Program-made: the position numbers and the translations under genes
Shown: positions 44,208-53,751 of the stretch, piece by piece
How the letters are laid out: each line of letters opens with the position of its first letter
Numbering within the stretch: position 1 is the stretch's first letter
Source of the DNA: an uncultured Acidimicrobiales bacterium
GTDB taxonomy: Bacteria > Actinomycetota > Acidimicrobiia > Acidimicrobiales > SHLQ01
NCBI GenBank assembly: GCA_964390555.1
Contig: CAYMJU010000207.1
Location: 6,466 to 70,465 of the forward strand
Direction: 5' to 3'
Length of the DNA stretch: 64,000 nt
The notes under the pieces: model-generated
Databases searched by the model: none
Told to the model about the DNA's origin: nothing
What the model saw: the letters and a program-made list of their open reading frames with translations, nothing else

Positions 44208-45091
44208 ACGCCGATCTCGACGAACGCACCGCCGGCGGGGCGATCCTGATGAACGGCAACCAGCTGCGCGACGAGACGATCGTGCGCCTTCGCGCCACCG
44301 TTGAAGCAGCCGGCTCCCCTCCCGTGTGCCTGGCTACGGTTTTGGTGGGCGCGGACCGTCCGAGCCAGATGTATGTCAAGAGCAAGCAGAAGAAGGCCGC
44401 CGAAGCCGGCATGACCTCGCGCCACGTCGACATTCCCGGCGATGCCAGCCAAGCCCAGGTCGAGGACACCGTCGGACGGCTCGCGGCCGATCCCGGCGTC
44501 CATGGCATCCTCGTGCAGCTCCCGTTGCCGGCCGGGCTCGACCCCGAACGGGTCCTCGACCTCGTGCCACCCGAGAAGGACGTCGATGGCCTCACCGAGC
44601 GATCGATGGGTCGTCTCGTGCGCGGCAAGCCCGGGCACGTGCCGTGCACACCTCTCGGGGTGATGCGTCTACTCGACCGCTACGGAGTGGCCACGAGCGG
44701 CAAGAAGGCGGTGGTGATCGGCCGGTCGACCCTCGTGGGCTTGCCGCTCGTGTTGCTTCTCGGCCGCAAGGGCATCGACGCCACCGTGTGCCTCGCCCAC
44801 TCCCGCACTCCCGACCTGATCGAGACGTGCCGCGACGCGGACATCGTCGTGGGCGCAGCAGGTTCGGCCCGTATGATCACCGCCGCCCATGTGAAACCGG
44901 GCGCCGCGGTGATCGATGTCGGCATCTCGCGTACCGAGGCCGGCATCGTCGGCGACGTCGACTTCGATGCCGTCCAAGCCGTCGCCGGAGCCATCACCCC
45001 GATGCCCGGCGGCACCGGCCCGATGACGATCGCCTGCCTGCTCGAGAACACCCTTCAAGCAGCCAGGATGCTCGGCGCCTTCCCCGCCTGA
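44204..45091 (+). CDS. folD: bifunctional methylenetetrahydrofolate dehydrogenase/methenyl-THF cyclohydrolase
   Basis: LATVLVGADRPSQMYVKSK, GILVQLPLP, VVIGRSTLVGLPL, PMPGGTGPMT. GTG 44204 overlaps the fhs stop codon. Confidence 0.9.
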   Translation: MNADLDERTAGGAILMNGNQLRDETIVRLRATVEAAGSPPVCLATVLVGADRPSQMYVKSKQKKAAEAGMTSRHVDIPGDASQAQVEDTVGRLAADPGVHGILVQLPLPAGLDPERVLDLVPPEKDVDGLTERSMGRLVRGKPGHVPCTPLGVMRLLDRYGVATSGKKAVVIGRSTLVGLPLVLLLGRKGIDATVCLAHSRTPDLIETCRDADIVVGAAGSARMITAAHVKPGAAVIDVGISRTEAGIVGDVDFDAVQAVAGAITPMPGGTGPMTIACLLENTLQAARMLGAFPA

Positions 45092-45103
45092 CATACTCGC
45101 CGG

Positions 45104-45913
45104 GTGAGTGAGTACCAGGAATTCGACACGCTGATCGTTGAACGCCACGGCCCCGTCGGTTGGTTGATCAACAACCGACCCGAACAACTCAACGCCATGT
45201 CGGCGCACATGCGCGACGAGTTCGCCGAGGCCTGGCTCGAGCTCGACCGCGACCCCAAGGTGCGGGTGATCGTGCACACCGGTAACGGTCGTGCGTTCCA
45301 GACCGGCGTCGACGTGGCCGAGATCGCGAGCGACGGCGTGGGCATGCAGCGCTACCACGACAGCGTCGTGAACTGGGACCTCCACTTCACGTCGTGGCAC
45401 CAGAACGTGTGGAAGCCGGTCATCACCGCGGTCAACGGCATCTGCTGCGGCGGCGGCTTCCACTGGGTCGCCGACGCCGACATCGTCATCGCGGCCAGCG
45501 ACGCCCAGTTCTTCGACCCGCACGTGTCGGTGGGCCAGGTGGTCGCGCTCGAAGCGGTTGGACTGCTTCGAAAGATGCCCGTCGAAGCGGTCATGCGCAT
45601 GGCTCTCGTCGGTCGCTACGAGCGCATGTCGGTCGAGCGGGCCTACGAGCTCGGCATGATCTCCGAGATCGTCGATCCTCCCGAGCGACTCCGCGACCGG
45701 GCCCAGGAGTTGGCCGAGACCATCGCCAAGAACTCCCCCGCCGCCATGGCGGCCACCAAGAAGGCCCTGTGGGGCGCGCTCGAACTCGGCCTCACCGACG
45801 CCTGCCGCGCCGGCGCCGAGCACCTGGTGTCGATGTGGGGCCACCCCGACCAGGACGAAGGACCCCGAGCGTTCGCCGAGAAGCGCCCCGCCAAGTGGGC
45901 CGAACTGCCGTGA
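45104..45913 (+). CDS. enoyl-CoA hydratase/isomerase (crotonase) family protein
   Basis: LINNRPEQLNAM and GNGRAFQTGVDV motifs. Confidence 0.8.
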   Translation: MSEYQEFDTLIVERHGPVGWLINNRPEQLNAMSAHMRDEFAEAWLELDRDPKVRVIVHTGNGRAFQTGVDVAEIASDGVGMQRYHDSVVNWDLHFTSWHQNVWKPVITAVNGICCGGGFHWVADADIVIAASDAQFFDPHVSVGQVVALEAVGLLRKMPVEAVMRMALVGRYERMSVERAYELGMISEIVDPPERLRDRAQELAETIAKNSPAAMAATKKALWGALELGLTDACRAGAEHLVSMWGHPDQDEGPRAFAEKRPAKWAELP

Positions 45914-45922
45914 CGCGATCGA

Positions 45923-46345
45923 TCAGGCGAACCGGGCGGCGACGAACGCCAGGCTGACAGCGCTCAGGACGCTGCCCATGTTGGCCAGCAACATCGTGCG
46001 CACCGACGCCGACAGCTCGCGGGTGAGATCGCTCCGAAGCCCCGCTATCTCGGTCCTCACGTCCGTGCGCAACTCGGCCATCTCGGTCTTCAGCTCCGTC
46101 CGCAACTCGGCCATCTCGGTCTTCAGCTCCGTCCGCAACCCGGCCATCTCGGTCTTCAGCTCTGTTCGGAGATCAGCGATCTCGGCGTGAGTGCCTGCCG
46201 TCGCGGCGGCCAGGTCGCGGTGGGTCACGAGGTCTGACCAACCGACGGGTGGCAGCAGCGTCATCAGCGTGTCGGCCTGGTCGGACCCGAGCGCGTTGGC
46301 CAGGGCGTTGTGGAGGTCGGTCCGGCTGCGGTCATCGATCAACAT
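45923..46345 (-). CDS. coiled-coil protein with C-terminal transmembrane anchor (DUF1640-like), contains 11-aa tandem repeats
   Basis: ATG 46345 follows GGAG. LRTELKTEMA(G/E) occurs three times plus degenerate copies, then hydrophobic LLANMGSVLSAVSLAFVAA. Confidence 0.6.
   Translation of the reverse strand: MLIDDRSRTDLHNALANALGSDQADTLMTLLPPVGWSDLVTHRDLAAATAGTHAEIADLRTELKTEMAGLRTELKTEMAELRTELKTEMAELRTDVRTEIAGLRSDLTRELSASVRTMLLANMGSVLSAVSLAFVAARFA
46065..46163. repeat. 33-nt tandem repeat, three near-perfect copies plus degenerate flanking copies
   Basis: Unit gtccgcaactcggccatctcggtcttcagctcc at 46065-46097, 46098-46130 and 46131-46163. In frame within the coiled-coil gene. Confidence 0.9.
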
Positions 46346-46429
46346 GGTAACTCCAGGTCTCGGTCGTCTTCCTGGGACGCCGCTTGTGCCGGGCTCCGAT
46401 CGGCCTGATCGACACCATAACGTTGGGGT

Positions 46430-47710
46430 GTGACAGCCAGCCGAACGTGGCGCGATCGGGTACTCGACGAGGTCGAGGTGTCCGGCGCTCGCCTGGTCCA
46501 GTCGCTCCAACAGCTCATTCGCATTCCCTCGGTCAGTGGATCGAGCGCCGAGAACGAGGCCCAGAATGCCCTCGCGCGATGGCTCCGAGAGGACGGGTTC
46601 GATGTCGACCACTGGGCGCTCGACCTGCCTGCGTTGATGGCTGAGCCCGATTTTCCCGGCGTCGAGGTTTCCCGGGACGAGGCATGGGGGCTGGTGGCCC
46701 GGCTCTCTGGCCAAGGTGATGGGCCGGTGCTGATGTTCAACGGTCACATCGACGTCGTGCCGACCGGCGATCCATCGGCTTGGACGAACCGAGACCCGTT
46801 CGCCGCGGCGGCGACGGAGACCATCGTCGGTGGGCGCGGCGCGTGCGACATGAAGGCGGGGCTGGCGGCGTCGTGGTGCGCGTTACGAGCGCTACAGACC
46901 TCAGGCGTGCCGCTCGGCGGCGACGTCCTGCTCGCCAGCGTGCAGGGCGAGGAGGACGGCGGACTGGGCACGTTCGCCACCCTGCGACGGGGCTGGCGAG
47001 CCGACGCGTGCGTGATCGCCGAGCCCACCGGGCTCGACATCGTGCCGGCCAACGGTGGCGCGCTCACGTTCCGCCTACATGTGCCCGGGGTCGCGGCGCA
47101 CGCCTCGCGACGGACCGACGGCGTGAGCGCCGTCGAGAAGCTCTGGCCGATCTGGCAGGCGCTCGCCGAGCTGGAGGGGCGCCGCAACGCCGACGTCGAT
47201 CCTCTGATGCGCCGCTGGCCGATCGCCTACCCGGTCTCGATCGGCACGATCCACGGCGGTGACTGGCCGTCGTCGGTGCCCGATCACGTGACGGTCCAAG
47301 GCCGGTTCGGCGTGGCGCTCGACGAGCCGGCCGCCGACGCTCGCGCCGCCCTCGAGCAGGCGGTCGCCGATGTGTGCGCTCGCGACCCGTTCCTGCGCAC
47401 CCGTCCGGTGACTGTCGAGTGGTGGGGCGGCCAGTTCGCGTCGGGGCGACTGGCCCGAGACTCGGATCTGGCCGACCGCGTGGCGGCGGCGCACGTGGCG
47501 GCCACGGGCTCGGCTCCGCCCGACGTGTGGGGCGCACCGTACGGCAGCGACCTGCGCCAGCTCGTGGGTGCTGGCATCCCCACGCTGCAGTACGGCCCGG
47601 GCGACTCGATCCTCGCCCACGCGGTCGACGAGCGGGTGAGCATCGCCGAGACCCTCGCCGCCGCCCGAACCCTCGCGGTGCTCGCCCTCGACGTCTGCGG
47701 CGTGCGCTGA
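46430..47710 (+). CDS. M20 family metallopeptidase (ArgE/DapE/acetylornithine deacetylase-like)
   Basis: LMFNGHIDVVP, GRGACDMKAG and EEDGGLG metal-ligand motifs. Confidence 0.85.
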   Translation: MTASRTWRDRVLDEVEVSGARLVQSLQQLIRIPSVSGSSAENEAQNALARWLREDGFDVDHWALDLPALMAEPDFPGVEVSRDEAWGLVARLSGQGDGPVLMFNGHIDVVPTGDPSAWTNRDPFAAAATETIVGGRGACDMKAGLAASWCALRALQTSGVPLGGDVLLASVQGEEDGGLGTFATLRRGWRADACVIAEPTGLDIVPANGGALTFRLHVPGVAAHASRRTDGVSAVEKLWPIWQALAELEGRRNADVDPLMRRWPIAYPVSIGTIHGGDWPSSVPDHVTVQGRFGVALDEPAADARAALEQAVADVCARDPFLRTRPVTVEWWGGQFASGRLARDSDLADRVAAAHVAATGSAPPDVWGAPYGSDLRQLVGAGIPTLQYGPGDSILAHAVDERVSIAETLAAARTLAVLALDVCGVR

Positions 47711-47715
47711 ACCTG

Positions 47716-48690
47716 TCAGCGGTCTTCGCGGTAGTAGGGGATGGTCAGGGCACCAGGAGCGGCTGTTGCGCGTGCTCGGCGGCCGACTTTGACCGCGGCG
47801 GCCGGAATGAGGATCACGATGAGCGTGACCAGATACGGCATCATCGACAGGAAGAACGTCAGATCCTGCGGCCCCCACCACGGCACGCTCCACCCCCTGG
47901 CCTGGGCGGTGAAGTTGAGGCCCGTCATCGTGCCGAACAACAACGCTCCGACGAGAACCCGTCCCGGGCGCCACGAGGCGAAGATGACCACGGCGAGCGC
48001 GATCCATCCTCGCCCGCGGGCAAAGTCTGGCGACCACGTCGGCGTGAGCGACAGAACCAAGTGGGCACCACCGGCGGCACTGAGTGCACAACCGACCACC
48101 GTGTACAGGAATCGCACCCCCAGGACGTTCACGCCGACCGCGTCGGCCGCCGCGGGGTTCTCGCCTACTGCTCGCATGTTCAGGCCGTGCCGTGTGCGGA
48201 AGAGCAGGAACCAGAGCACGATGGGCAATGCCACATAGATGACATACACCGGTCCATCGTGGTTGAAGAGGGCTTCGCCGAACTGGCCCATGTCGCCGAG
48301 GATCGGCACGCGAACCTCCTCGAAACTGCTGCCGATTGGCGTGCCGTCGCGGTTGAGACCCATCTGGTTCGAGAACCCGATGCCCGCCAACGCGAGAGCC
48401 AGCCCGGCCAGAACTTGGTTGACCCGCACCACGACCACCGCCACGGCATAGATCACACCGACCAGCGCGCCGAACAGCGTTCCGATCAGCAGTGAGACCC
48501 ACGGGCTGGCGACACCCCACTGCTCGGCGGCGATGGCTGCGAACACGGCCCCTATGCCGATCAGGCCCTCCTGGCCGAGGTTCAAGACGCCGACCCGCTC
48601 GCTGATCATGGCTCCGAGCGCGGCCAGGATGATGACGGTGCTGGCCGGGATGGCCACGTTGAGCACGCTGAGCCAGGCGTTGTCGATCAC
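47716..48690 (-). CDS. ABC transporter permease (BMP/nucleoside-type system)
   Basis: 324 aa, multi-pass hydrophobic. 4-nt overlap with the upstream permease gene. Confidence 0.8.
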   Translation of the reverse strand: MIDNAWLSVLNVAIPASTVIILAALGAMISERVGVLNLGQEGLIGIGAVFAAIAAEQWGVASPWVSLLIGTLFGALVGVIYAVAVVVVRVNQVLAGLALALAGIGFSNQMGLNRDGTPIGSSFEEVRVPILGDMGQFGEALFNHDGPVYVIYVALPIVLWFLLFRTRHGLNMRAVGENPAAADAVGVNVLGVRFLYTVVGCALSAAGGAHLVLSLTPTWSPDFARGRGWIALAVVIFASWRPGRVLVGALLFGTMTGLNFTAQARGWSVPWWGPQDLTFFLSMMPYLVTLIVILIPAAAVKVGRRARATAAPGALTIPYYREDR

Positions 48691-49775
48691 GCCGGCACAC
48701 CTTCCACGGTCGCGGCGTCGGCCCGCGCGATGCGATAGCGCGCCGCCACCTCGGCGGCCGCGAGACCGACGAGTACTGCGCCGTACGTGGCGAGGATGAT
48801 GTGTACGGACAGCCCCTTGGTCCGAAGGGCGATACCGGCGTGAAGGAGGCTGGCGATGAACACGCCGCCGGCCAGGACACCGAAGAACGAGCGCCCTGCC
48901 ATGGCGGCCACTATGAAACCCGACAGGCCGTAGCGATTCGAGAAGCCGTCACCGACCCGCTGCGCACCGGGTGCGCTCAGCTGGAGCATTCCGGCCAAGC
49001 CCGCGATCGCACCGGCGACGAGCATGACCACGACGATGCGGCGCTTCACATCGATACCCGCGAAGGCCGCGGCGCGCGGATTGCCGCCGATGGTGTCGAT
49101 CTCGTAACCCACCTTGGTGGACCGGAACAACCACCACAGGATCACCGCGAGTATGAGCGGGACGACGAACCCGACGTGAAGGCGGTCGAGCCCTGGGAGC
49201 ACCGGCAGGAGGTCATCGACGGCCTCGGTCGATTGAATGATGGCCGCCTCGCGATCACGCCAGAACCCCAGCGCCGCCCATTTGACCAACTCCACGGCCA
49301 CGAAGTTCAAGAGCAGGGTCGTGATTATCTCGTTGACGCCCAGGTGAGCGCGCGCCAGAGCCGGCACCAGCATCCACACGGCGCCCGCGGCCGTTGCGGC
49401 ACCGGCCATGATCAAGAGCGTCAGCCAGCCCGGGCCGTCGATATGGGTGCCCACCCCTACCGCGGCCAGCGCCCCAACCAGGAACTGGCCGTCGGACCCG
49501 ATGTTCCACACGTTCATGCGAAGCGCGAGCGCCACGCCGAGCGCGTTCATCAGAATCGGGATCGAAAGGATGCCGGTTTCCTCGAGGCCGCGCAAGCTCC
49601 CGAAGTTGGCATCGAAGCCATCAAAGAGGATGGTGAAGGGATTGCGACCGGTCAGCATCAGCACCAGGCCGACGACGAGCATCGCGACCACCACGCCGAG
49701 CATCCGGTAGACGGCGGCCCGGCGTGGGTCGGCGTCGAGCTTACGCTCGAGACGTAGCGGGCCGATCGCCGTCAC
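48687..49775 (-). CDS. ABC transporter permease (BMP/nucleoside-type system)
   Basis: 362 aa, multi-pass hydrophobic. Overlaps the ATPase gene by 4 nt. Confidence 0.8.
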   Translation of the reverse strand: MTAIGPLRLERKLDADPRRAAVYRMLGVVVAMLVVGLVLMLTGRNPFTILFDGFDANFGSLRGLEETGILSIPILMNALGVALALRMNVWNIGSDGQFLVGALAAVGVGTHIDGPGWLTLLIMAGAATAAGAVWMLVPALARAHLGVNEIITTLLLNFVAVELVKWAALGFWRDREAAIIQSTEAVDDLLPVLPGLDRLHVGFVVPLILAVILWWLFRSTKVGYEIDTIGGNPRAAAFAGIDVKRRIVVVMLVAGAIAGLAGMLQLSAPGAQRVGDGFSNRYGLSGFIVAAMAGRSFFGVLAGGVFIASLLHAGIALRTKGLSVHIILATYGAVLVGLAAAEVAARYRIARADAATVEGVPA

Positions 49776-51328
49776 GACGAACGGCCGTCGGCGGTTACGG
49801 CGGTGTGGCCGCCCATGAGCAGCCCGATGCGTTCACGGTCGACATCGACGCGATCGATCACCTCCGCGATCACACCTTCGTACATCACCGCCACCCGATC
49901 CGACAGGAGGAGCACTTCGTCGAGGTCGTCGGAGATCATCATCACGGCACAGCCCATGTCACGTCGATCGAGGATCGTCTGCTGGACCTCCTGTGCCGCG
50001 AGGACGTCGAGACCTCTCGTCGGGTGCGCGGCGACCAGCAGGTTCTCCGCGACCATCGCCTCGCGGCGAGCCACGAGTCGTTGCTGGTTTCCGCCAGACA
50101 TCTGCCCGGCCGGAGCTTCGATGGAGCGGGTCTGGACGCGGGCCGAGCTGACGAGTCGGCGCGCGAAGTCGCCGACCGCGGCCAGGTTGAACTGGAACCC
50201 CCGCGACAGCTCGGGGCTGCGATAGTGCCGCATCACCGCGTTGTGCTTGACCGATGCCGACTTGACCATCCCGACACCGATGCGGTCCTCGGGGATGTGA
50301 CCGACGCCACTCTCTGCCACCGCGCGCGAGGGCGCATTCGTCATGTCGCGACCGTTCACGAGGACCGACCCCCGTTCGACGCGCCGGAGACTGGTGATCA
50401 CCTCGGCCAGCTCGGTCTGGCCGTTCCCCGAGACGCCAGCGATCCCGAGGATCTCGCCCCGGCGGACGGTGAGGTCCACCCCATGGAGAGCTGGCAAGCC
50501 ACGAGCGTTGTGGGCCTCGACTCCCTTGAGCTCGAGCACCACCTCGCCCGCGGTCATCCGATGATCGACGGCGAGGTCGAACTCGGCGCCAGTCATGAGC
50601 CGAGCCAGCTCCCGAACGGTGGCGCCGGCTGCCGCCATGGTGGCGACGTGGCGACCGTTGCGCAGCACCGAGATGGCATCTGACACCTCGAGTACTTCGT
50701 TCAGCTTGTGGCTGATGAACACGACGGTCCGACCTCCGGCGACGAGCCGACGCATCACACCGAACAGATCGCGGGCCTCGTGCTGGGTGAGCACCGCGGT
50801 CGGCTCGTCAAGGATGAGGACGTTGGCACCGCGGGCCAAGACCCGCAGGATCTCGACGCGCTGCTGTTCACCGACCGACAGTTGCCAGATCCTCGCCGCG
50901 GGATCGACGTGGAGCCCGATGTCGTCCATCAGACCCTGGGTCCGGGCCTCGAGCGCTGCCGCAGTGATCACGCGAGGGGTTTCGGACCAGCCGAGGTGGA
51001 TGTTCTCGGCCACCGTCATCGGGGCGACCAGCCGGAAGTGCTGATGGACCATGCCGATCCCCGACGCGATCGCCTGGGCCGGGCTGCGGAAGTGCTGCTC
51101 CTCGCCGCTGACGAGGATCTGGCCCTCGTCGGCCCGGTAGATACCGGCGAAGATGTTCGACAGCGTCGTCTTGCCCGCGCCGTTCTCGCCGAGCAGGGCA
51201 TGGACCTCGCCACGCTCGAGCCGGAGGTCGACGCGATCGAGGGCGGGGATACCACCGAACAGCTTGGTGATACCCCGCGCCTCGACCGCGGCAACTGAGT
51301 CCGTCACGACTCGGCCCCCATTGACCAA
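49772..51328 (-). CDS. ABC transporter ATP-binding protein with duplicated ATPase domains
   Basis: Two Walker A / signature sets (GENGAGKTT...LSVGEQQRVEI...LILDEPT, and GVSGNGQTE...MSGGNQQR). The start is TTG 51328 or GTG 51307. Confidence 0.85.
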   Translation of the reverse strand: MVNGGRVVTDSVAAVEARGITKLFGGIPALDRVDLRLERGEVHALLGENGAGKTTLSNIFAGIYRADEGQILVSGEEQHFRSPAQAIASGIGMVHQHFRLVAPMTVAENIHLGWSETPRVITAAALEARTQGLMDDIGLHVDPAARIWQLSVGEQQRVEILRVLARGANVLILDEPTAVLTQHEARDLFGVMRRLVAGGRTVVFISHKLNEVLEVSDAISVLRNGRHVATMAAAGATVRELARLMTGAEFDLAVDHRMTAGEVVLELKGVEAHNARGLPALHGVDLTVRRGEILGIAGVSGNGQTELAEVITSLRRVERGSVLVNGRDMTNAPSRAVAESGVGHIPEDRIGVGMVKSASVKHNAVMRHYRSPELSRGFQFNLAAVGDFARRLVSSARVQTRSIEAPAGQMSGGNQQRLVARREAMVAENLLVAAHPTRGLDVLAAQEVQQTILDRRDMGCAVMMISDDLDEVLLLSDRVAVMYEGVIAEVIDRVDVDRERIGLLMGGHTAVTADGRSS

Positions 51329-51340
51329 CGGCGCTTTCGG

Positions 51341-52543
51341 TCAGACCTCGCCTTCGGCGCCCGACACTCCGTCGACCACGAAGTTGATCAGATACGCCTC
51401 CTGCGAGGTCAACGTGGCGCCCGCGGCGAGGACCTCGGCACCCTTGTTGCTCGTGAGCGGGCCGGTGTACACCGAAAGCTCGCCCGCAGCGATCGCCGCC
51501 GCGGCCTCGGCCACTGCGTCTTGAACGTCCTGAGGGACCTCGGGACCCCACTCGCCGAGCGGGCACTCGAGCAGGACGGCCTCGGTAGCGGGCGACCACG
51601 TTCCATCCACGACCGACTGGAGCTGGTCACGATAGAAGGGACCCCACGCGTCGAGGTTGAAGTTGTTGACGTACTGCGTGGGTGCGGCCTGGCGGAAGTC
51701 GAGGTTCCAATAGCCGGTCCAAACGCCGGCCTCCTCGGCGATCTCGAGGAACGTCGGCTCGTCCATCACGCCGAACAAGAAGTCGACTCCTTCACCGAGG
51801 AGGGCCTCGGCGGCGATAGCGGCGTTCGGCGGATCGAAGAAGCTGTTGATCTGCACCACGTTCATGGTCGCATCGGGGTTCACCGTCCGAGCACCGAGCA
51901 ACATGCCGTTCACGTCGTTGAACAGCGTCGGGCTGGGGAACGCGCCGATGTAGCCGAGCTTGCCGTTCGGCGAGAGGTGCCCGGCGGCGATCCCGAGCAG
52001 GTACGCCGTGATCTCGTGTGCCATGTAGTAGCCGAAGCTGTTCGCCGTGAAGTGATGGCCGTTGCACTCGACGAACTTCACGTCGGGGTTGGCATCGGAG
52101 ACGACGCTCAACAAGTCGACGTACTCGGTGTTGGCGAAGATGATCTGATTGCCGTCGGCGACGAGTTGCTCGAAGAGCTGGGTCGTCTCGGGACCGAACC
52201 CGACGTTCTCGGTGAATCCGGTCACCGCAGCGGCGCCTAGCGCCGCCTGCGCGAACAGGCGCCCCTGGTCGTGGGTCTGGGTCCAACCGTTGTCCGCGGC
52301 GGGCCCGATGTACACCCAATGCGCCTTGACGGGGTCGCCGCCACCTCCGCCCGTGTCGCCACCCGTGTCACCGCCCGCGGGGGCAGCGTCATCGTCGTCG
52401 TCGCCGCACGCGGCGAGCAGGCCACCGCCGGCGGCCAAGCCGAGGGCGCCCATGCCGGTGAGCTTGAGCAGGCGGCGCCGCGACAGCGGCGACATCGCCG
52501 CGGGCGGCAGGATCAGGCGGTCGCGCGGGTCTTTGCTGGTCAT
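51341..52543 (-). CDS. BMP-family (PnrA/Med-like) substrate-binding lipoprotein with Tat-type signal
   Basis: SRRRLLKLTGMGALGLAAGGGLLAACG (twin-Arg plus lipobox). Body resembles basic membrane protein family binders of purine nucleosides. Confidence 0.8.
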   Translation of the reverse strand: MTSKDPRDRLILPPAAMSPLSRRRLLKLTGMGALGLAAGGGLLAACGDDDDDAAPAGGDTGGDTGGGGGDPVKAHWVYIGPAADNGWTQTHDQGRLFAQAALGAAAVTGFTENVGFGPETTQLFEQLVADGNQIIFANTEYVDLLSVVSDANPDVKFVECNGHHFTANSFGYYMAHEITAYLLGIAAGHLSPNGKLGYIGAFPSPTLFNDVNGMLLGARTVNPDATMNVVQINSFFDPPNAAIAAEALLGEGVDFLFGVMDEPTFLEIAEEAGVWTGYWNLDFRQAAPTQYVNNFNLDAWGPFYRDQLQSVVDGTWSPATEAVLLECPLGEWGPEVPQDVQDAVAEAAAAIAAGELSVYTGPLTSNKGAEVLAAGATLTSQEAYLINFVVDGVSGAEGEV

Positions 52544-52599
52544 GTGATTTTCCCCTCGGTGGTGGATTGGTGAATCCTGTTGGTGTCGTAGGCGCTGGT

Positions 52600-52612
52600 C
52601 AAACTCTGTTCG
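52600..52612 (-). promoter_or_regulatory. palindrome variant CGAAC-AGA-GTTTG upstream of the BMP binding-protein gene
   Basis: The minus-strand 10-mer AACAGAGTTT is identical to the one in both tdm-leader copies. It lies 57 nt upstream of the ORF start at 52543. Confidence 0.35.
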
Positions 52613-52652
52613 TTACGACCTCGTGAACGCTGTCCACATCGTCACCACGGCC

Positions 52653-53669
52653 TTAGGCGATCTGTGCCGCAAGGGCGTCGAAGTCGGCGATCCAGTCGCG
52701 CCGCCATTGGCGCTTCGTCGGTTCGTCGACCCACGTGCCGTCGATGGCGTTGTAGAGGCACTGGCGGAAGTCCTCGACGGTGAAGCCCATGTGCTCCCAG
52801 GCGACCACGTAGTCCTTGGTCGGGTCGGTCTGGAACATCGGCGGGTCGTCGCAGTCGAGCATGATCTTGAGGCCTCGCTCCTTCATCTCCTTGATGGGGT
52901 GCGTCGTGTAGTCGGGCCCGAAGTAAACCCAGGCGGTCGACACCGGAGTGCACGTGAACACGATGCCCTCGTCGCGGCAGCGGGCCACGATGGCGTCGCT
53001 CTCGATCACGTGGTAGCCGTGGTCGACCCGCTCGCAGCCGAGCAGGTCCAGTGCCGTCTCGATGTTGCGGGGCGGCGCATCCTCGGACTGGTGGGCGGTG
53101 AGACGCAACCCGGCCCGGTCGGCCATGCGGTAGGCCTTCCAGAACCGTTCCGGCGGGAACTCGGCCTCGGCGTAGTCCAGGCCGATCCCGATCACCTCGT
53201 CGCGGGGCTCGGCGAGGACCGAGTCCATCATCGCCACCGCCAATTCCGGCGTCTCCATGCGGTTGATCGCGGCGATCAGGCGGCACTCGATGCCGAAGTC
53301 GGTGCGGGCATCGTTGATCCCGTCGATCAGCCCATCGACACAGGTCTGGTAGCTCGGCCCGGCCGCCATGTGCGTGGTCGGGTTGAAGAACATCTCGCGG
53401 TAGCGGACGTTGTTGTCGGCCGCTTCGGCGAGGGTCTCGTAGCTGATCCGGCGGAAGTCGTCGCGGTCCTTGATCGCCAGCGCACTGTTGTCGTACATGT
53501 GCAGGAACTTGTAGATGTCCGGGTACTGGTACAGGTCCTCGGGCTCGTCGAAGTCGGGCAGCGGCACACCGTGCTTGGTCGCCAGATCGACCACGGTCCG
53601 CGCCTGGATCGACCCCATGAGATGAACGTGCAAGCTGACCTTCGGTATCGCCTTCAGGAACGCCGGCAT
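52653..53669 (-). CDS. adenosine/adenine deaminase family metallohydrolase (divergent paralog)
   Basis: KVSLHVHLMGS (HxH metal motif), TAHQSED, HGYH, DCDDPPMF (terminal Asp pair). Confidence 0.75.
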   Translation of the reverse strand: MPAFLKAIPKVSLHVHLMGSIQARTVVDLATKHGVPLPDFDEPEDLYQYPDIYKFLHMYDNSALAIKDRDDFRRISYETLAEAADNNVRYREMFFNPTTHMAAGPSYQTCVDGLIDGINDARTDFGIECRLIAAINRMETPELAVAMMDSVLAEPRDEVIGIGLDYAEAEFPPERFWKAYRMADRAGLRLTAHQSEDAPPRNIETALDLLGCERVDHGYHVIESDAIVARCRDEGIVFTCTPVSTAWVYFGPDYTTHPIKEMKERGLKIMLDCDDPPMFQTDPTKDYVVAWEHMGFTVEDFRQCLYNAIDGTWVDEPTKRQWRRDWIADFDALAAQIA

Positions 53670-53751
53670 GTCCACGACGGTCCAACCTCCCCAACTCAGC
53701 CCCTGGCGGGGCCCCCTGCGATCGCAGACTAGTCGCCTACCACGGGCGGCG

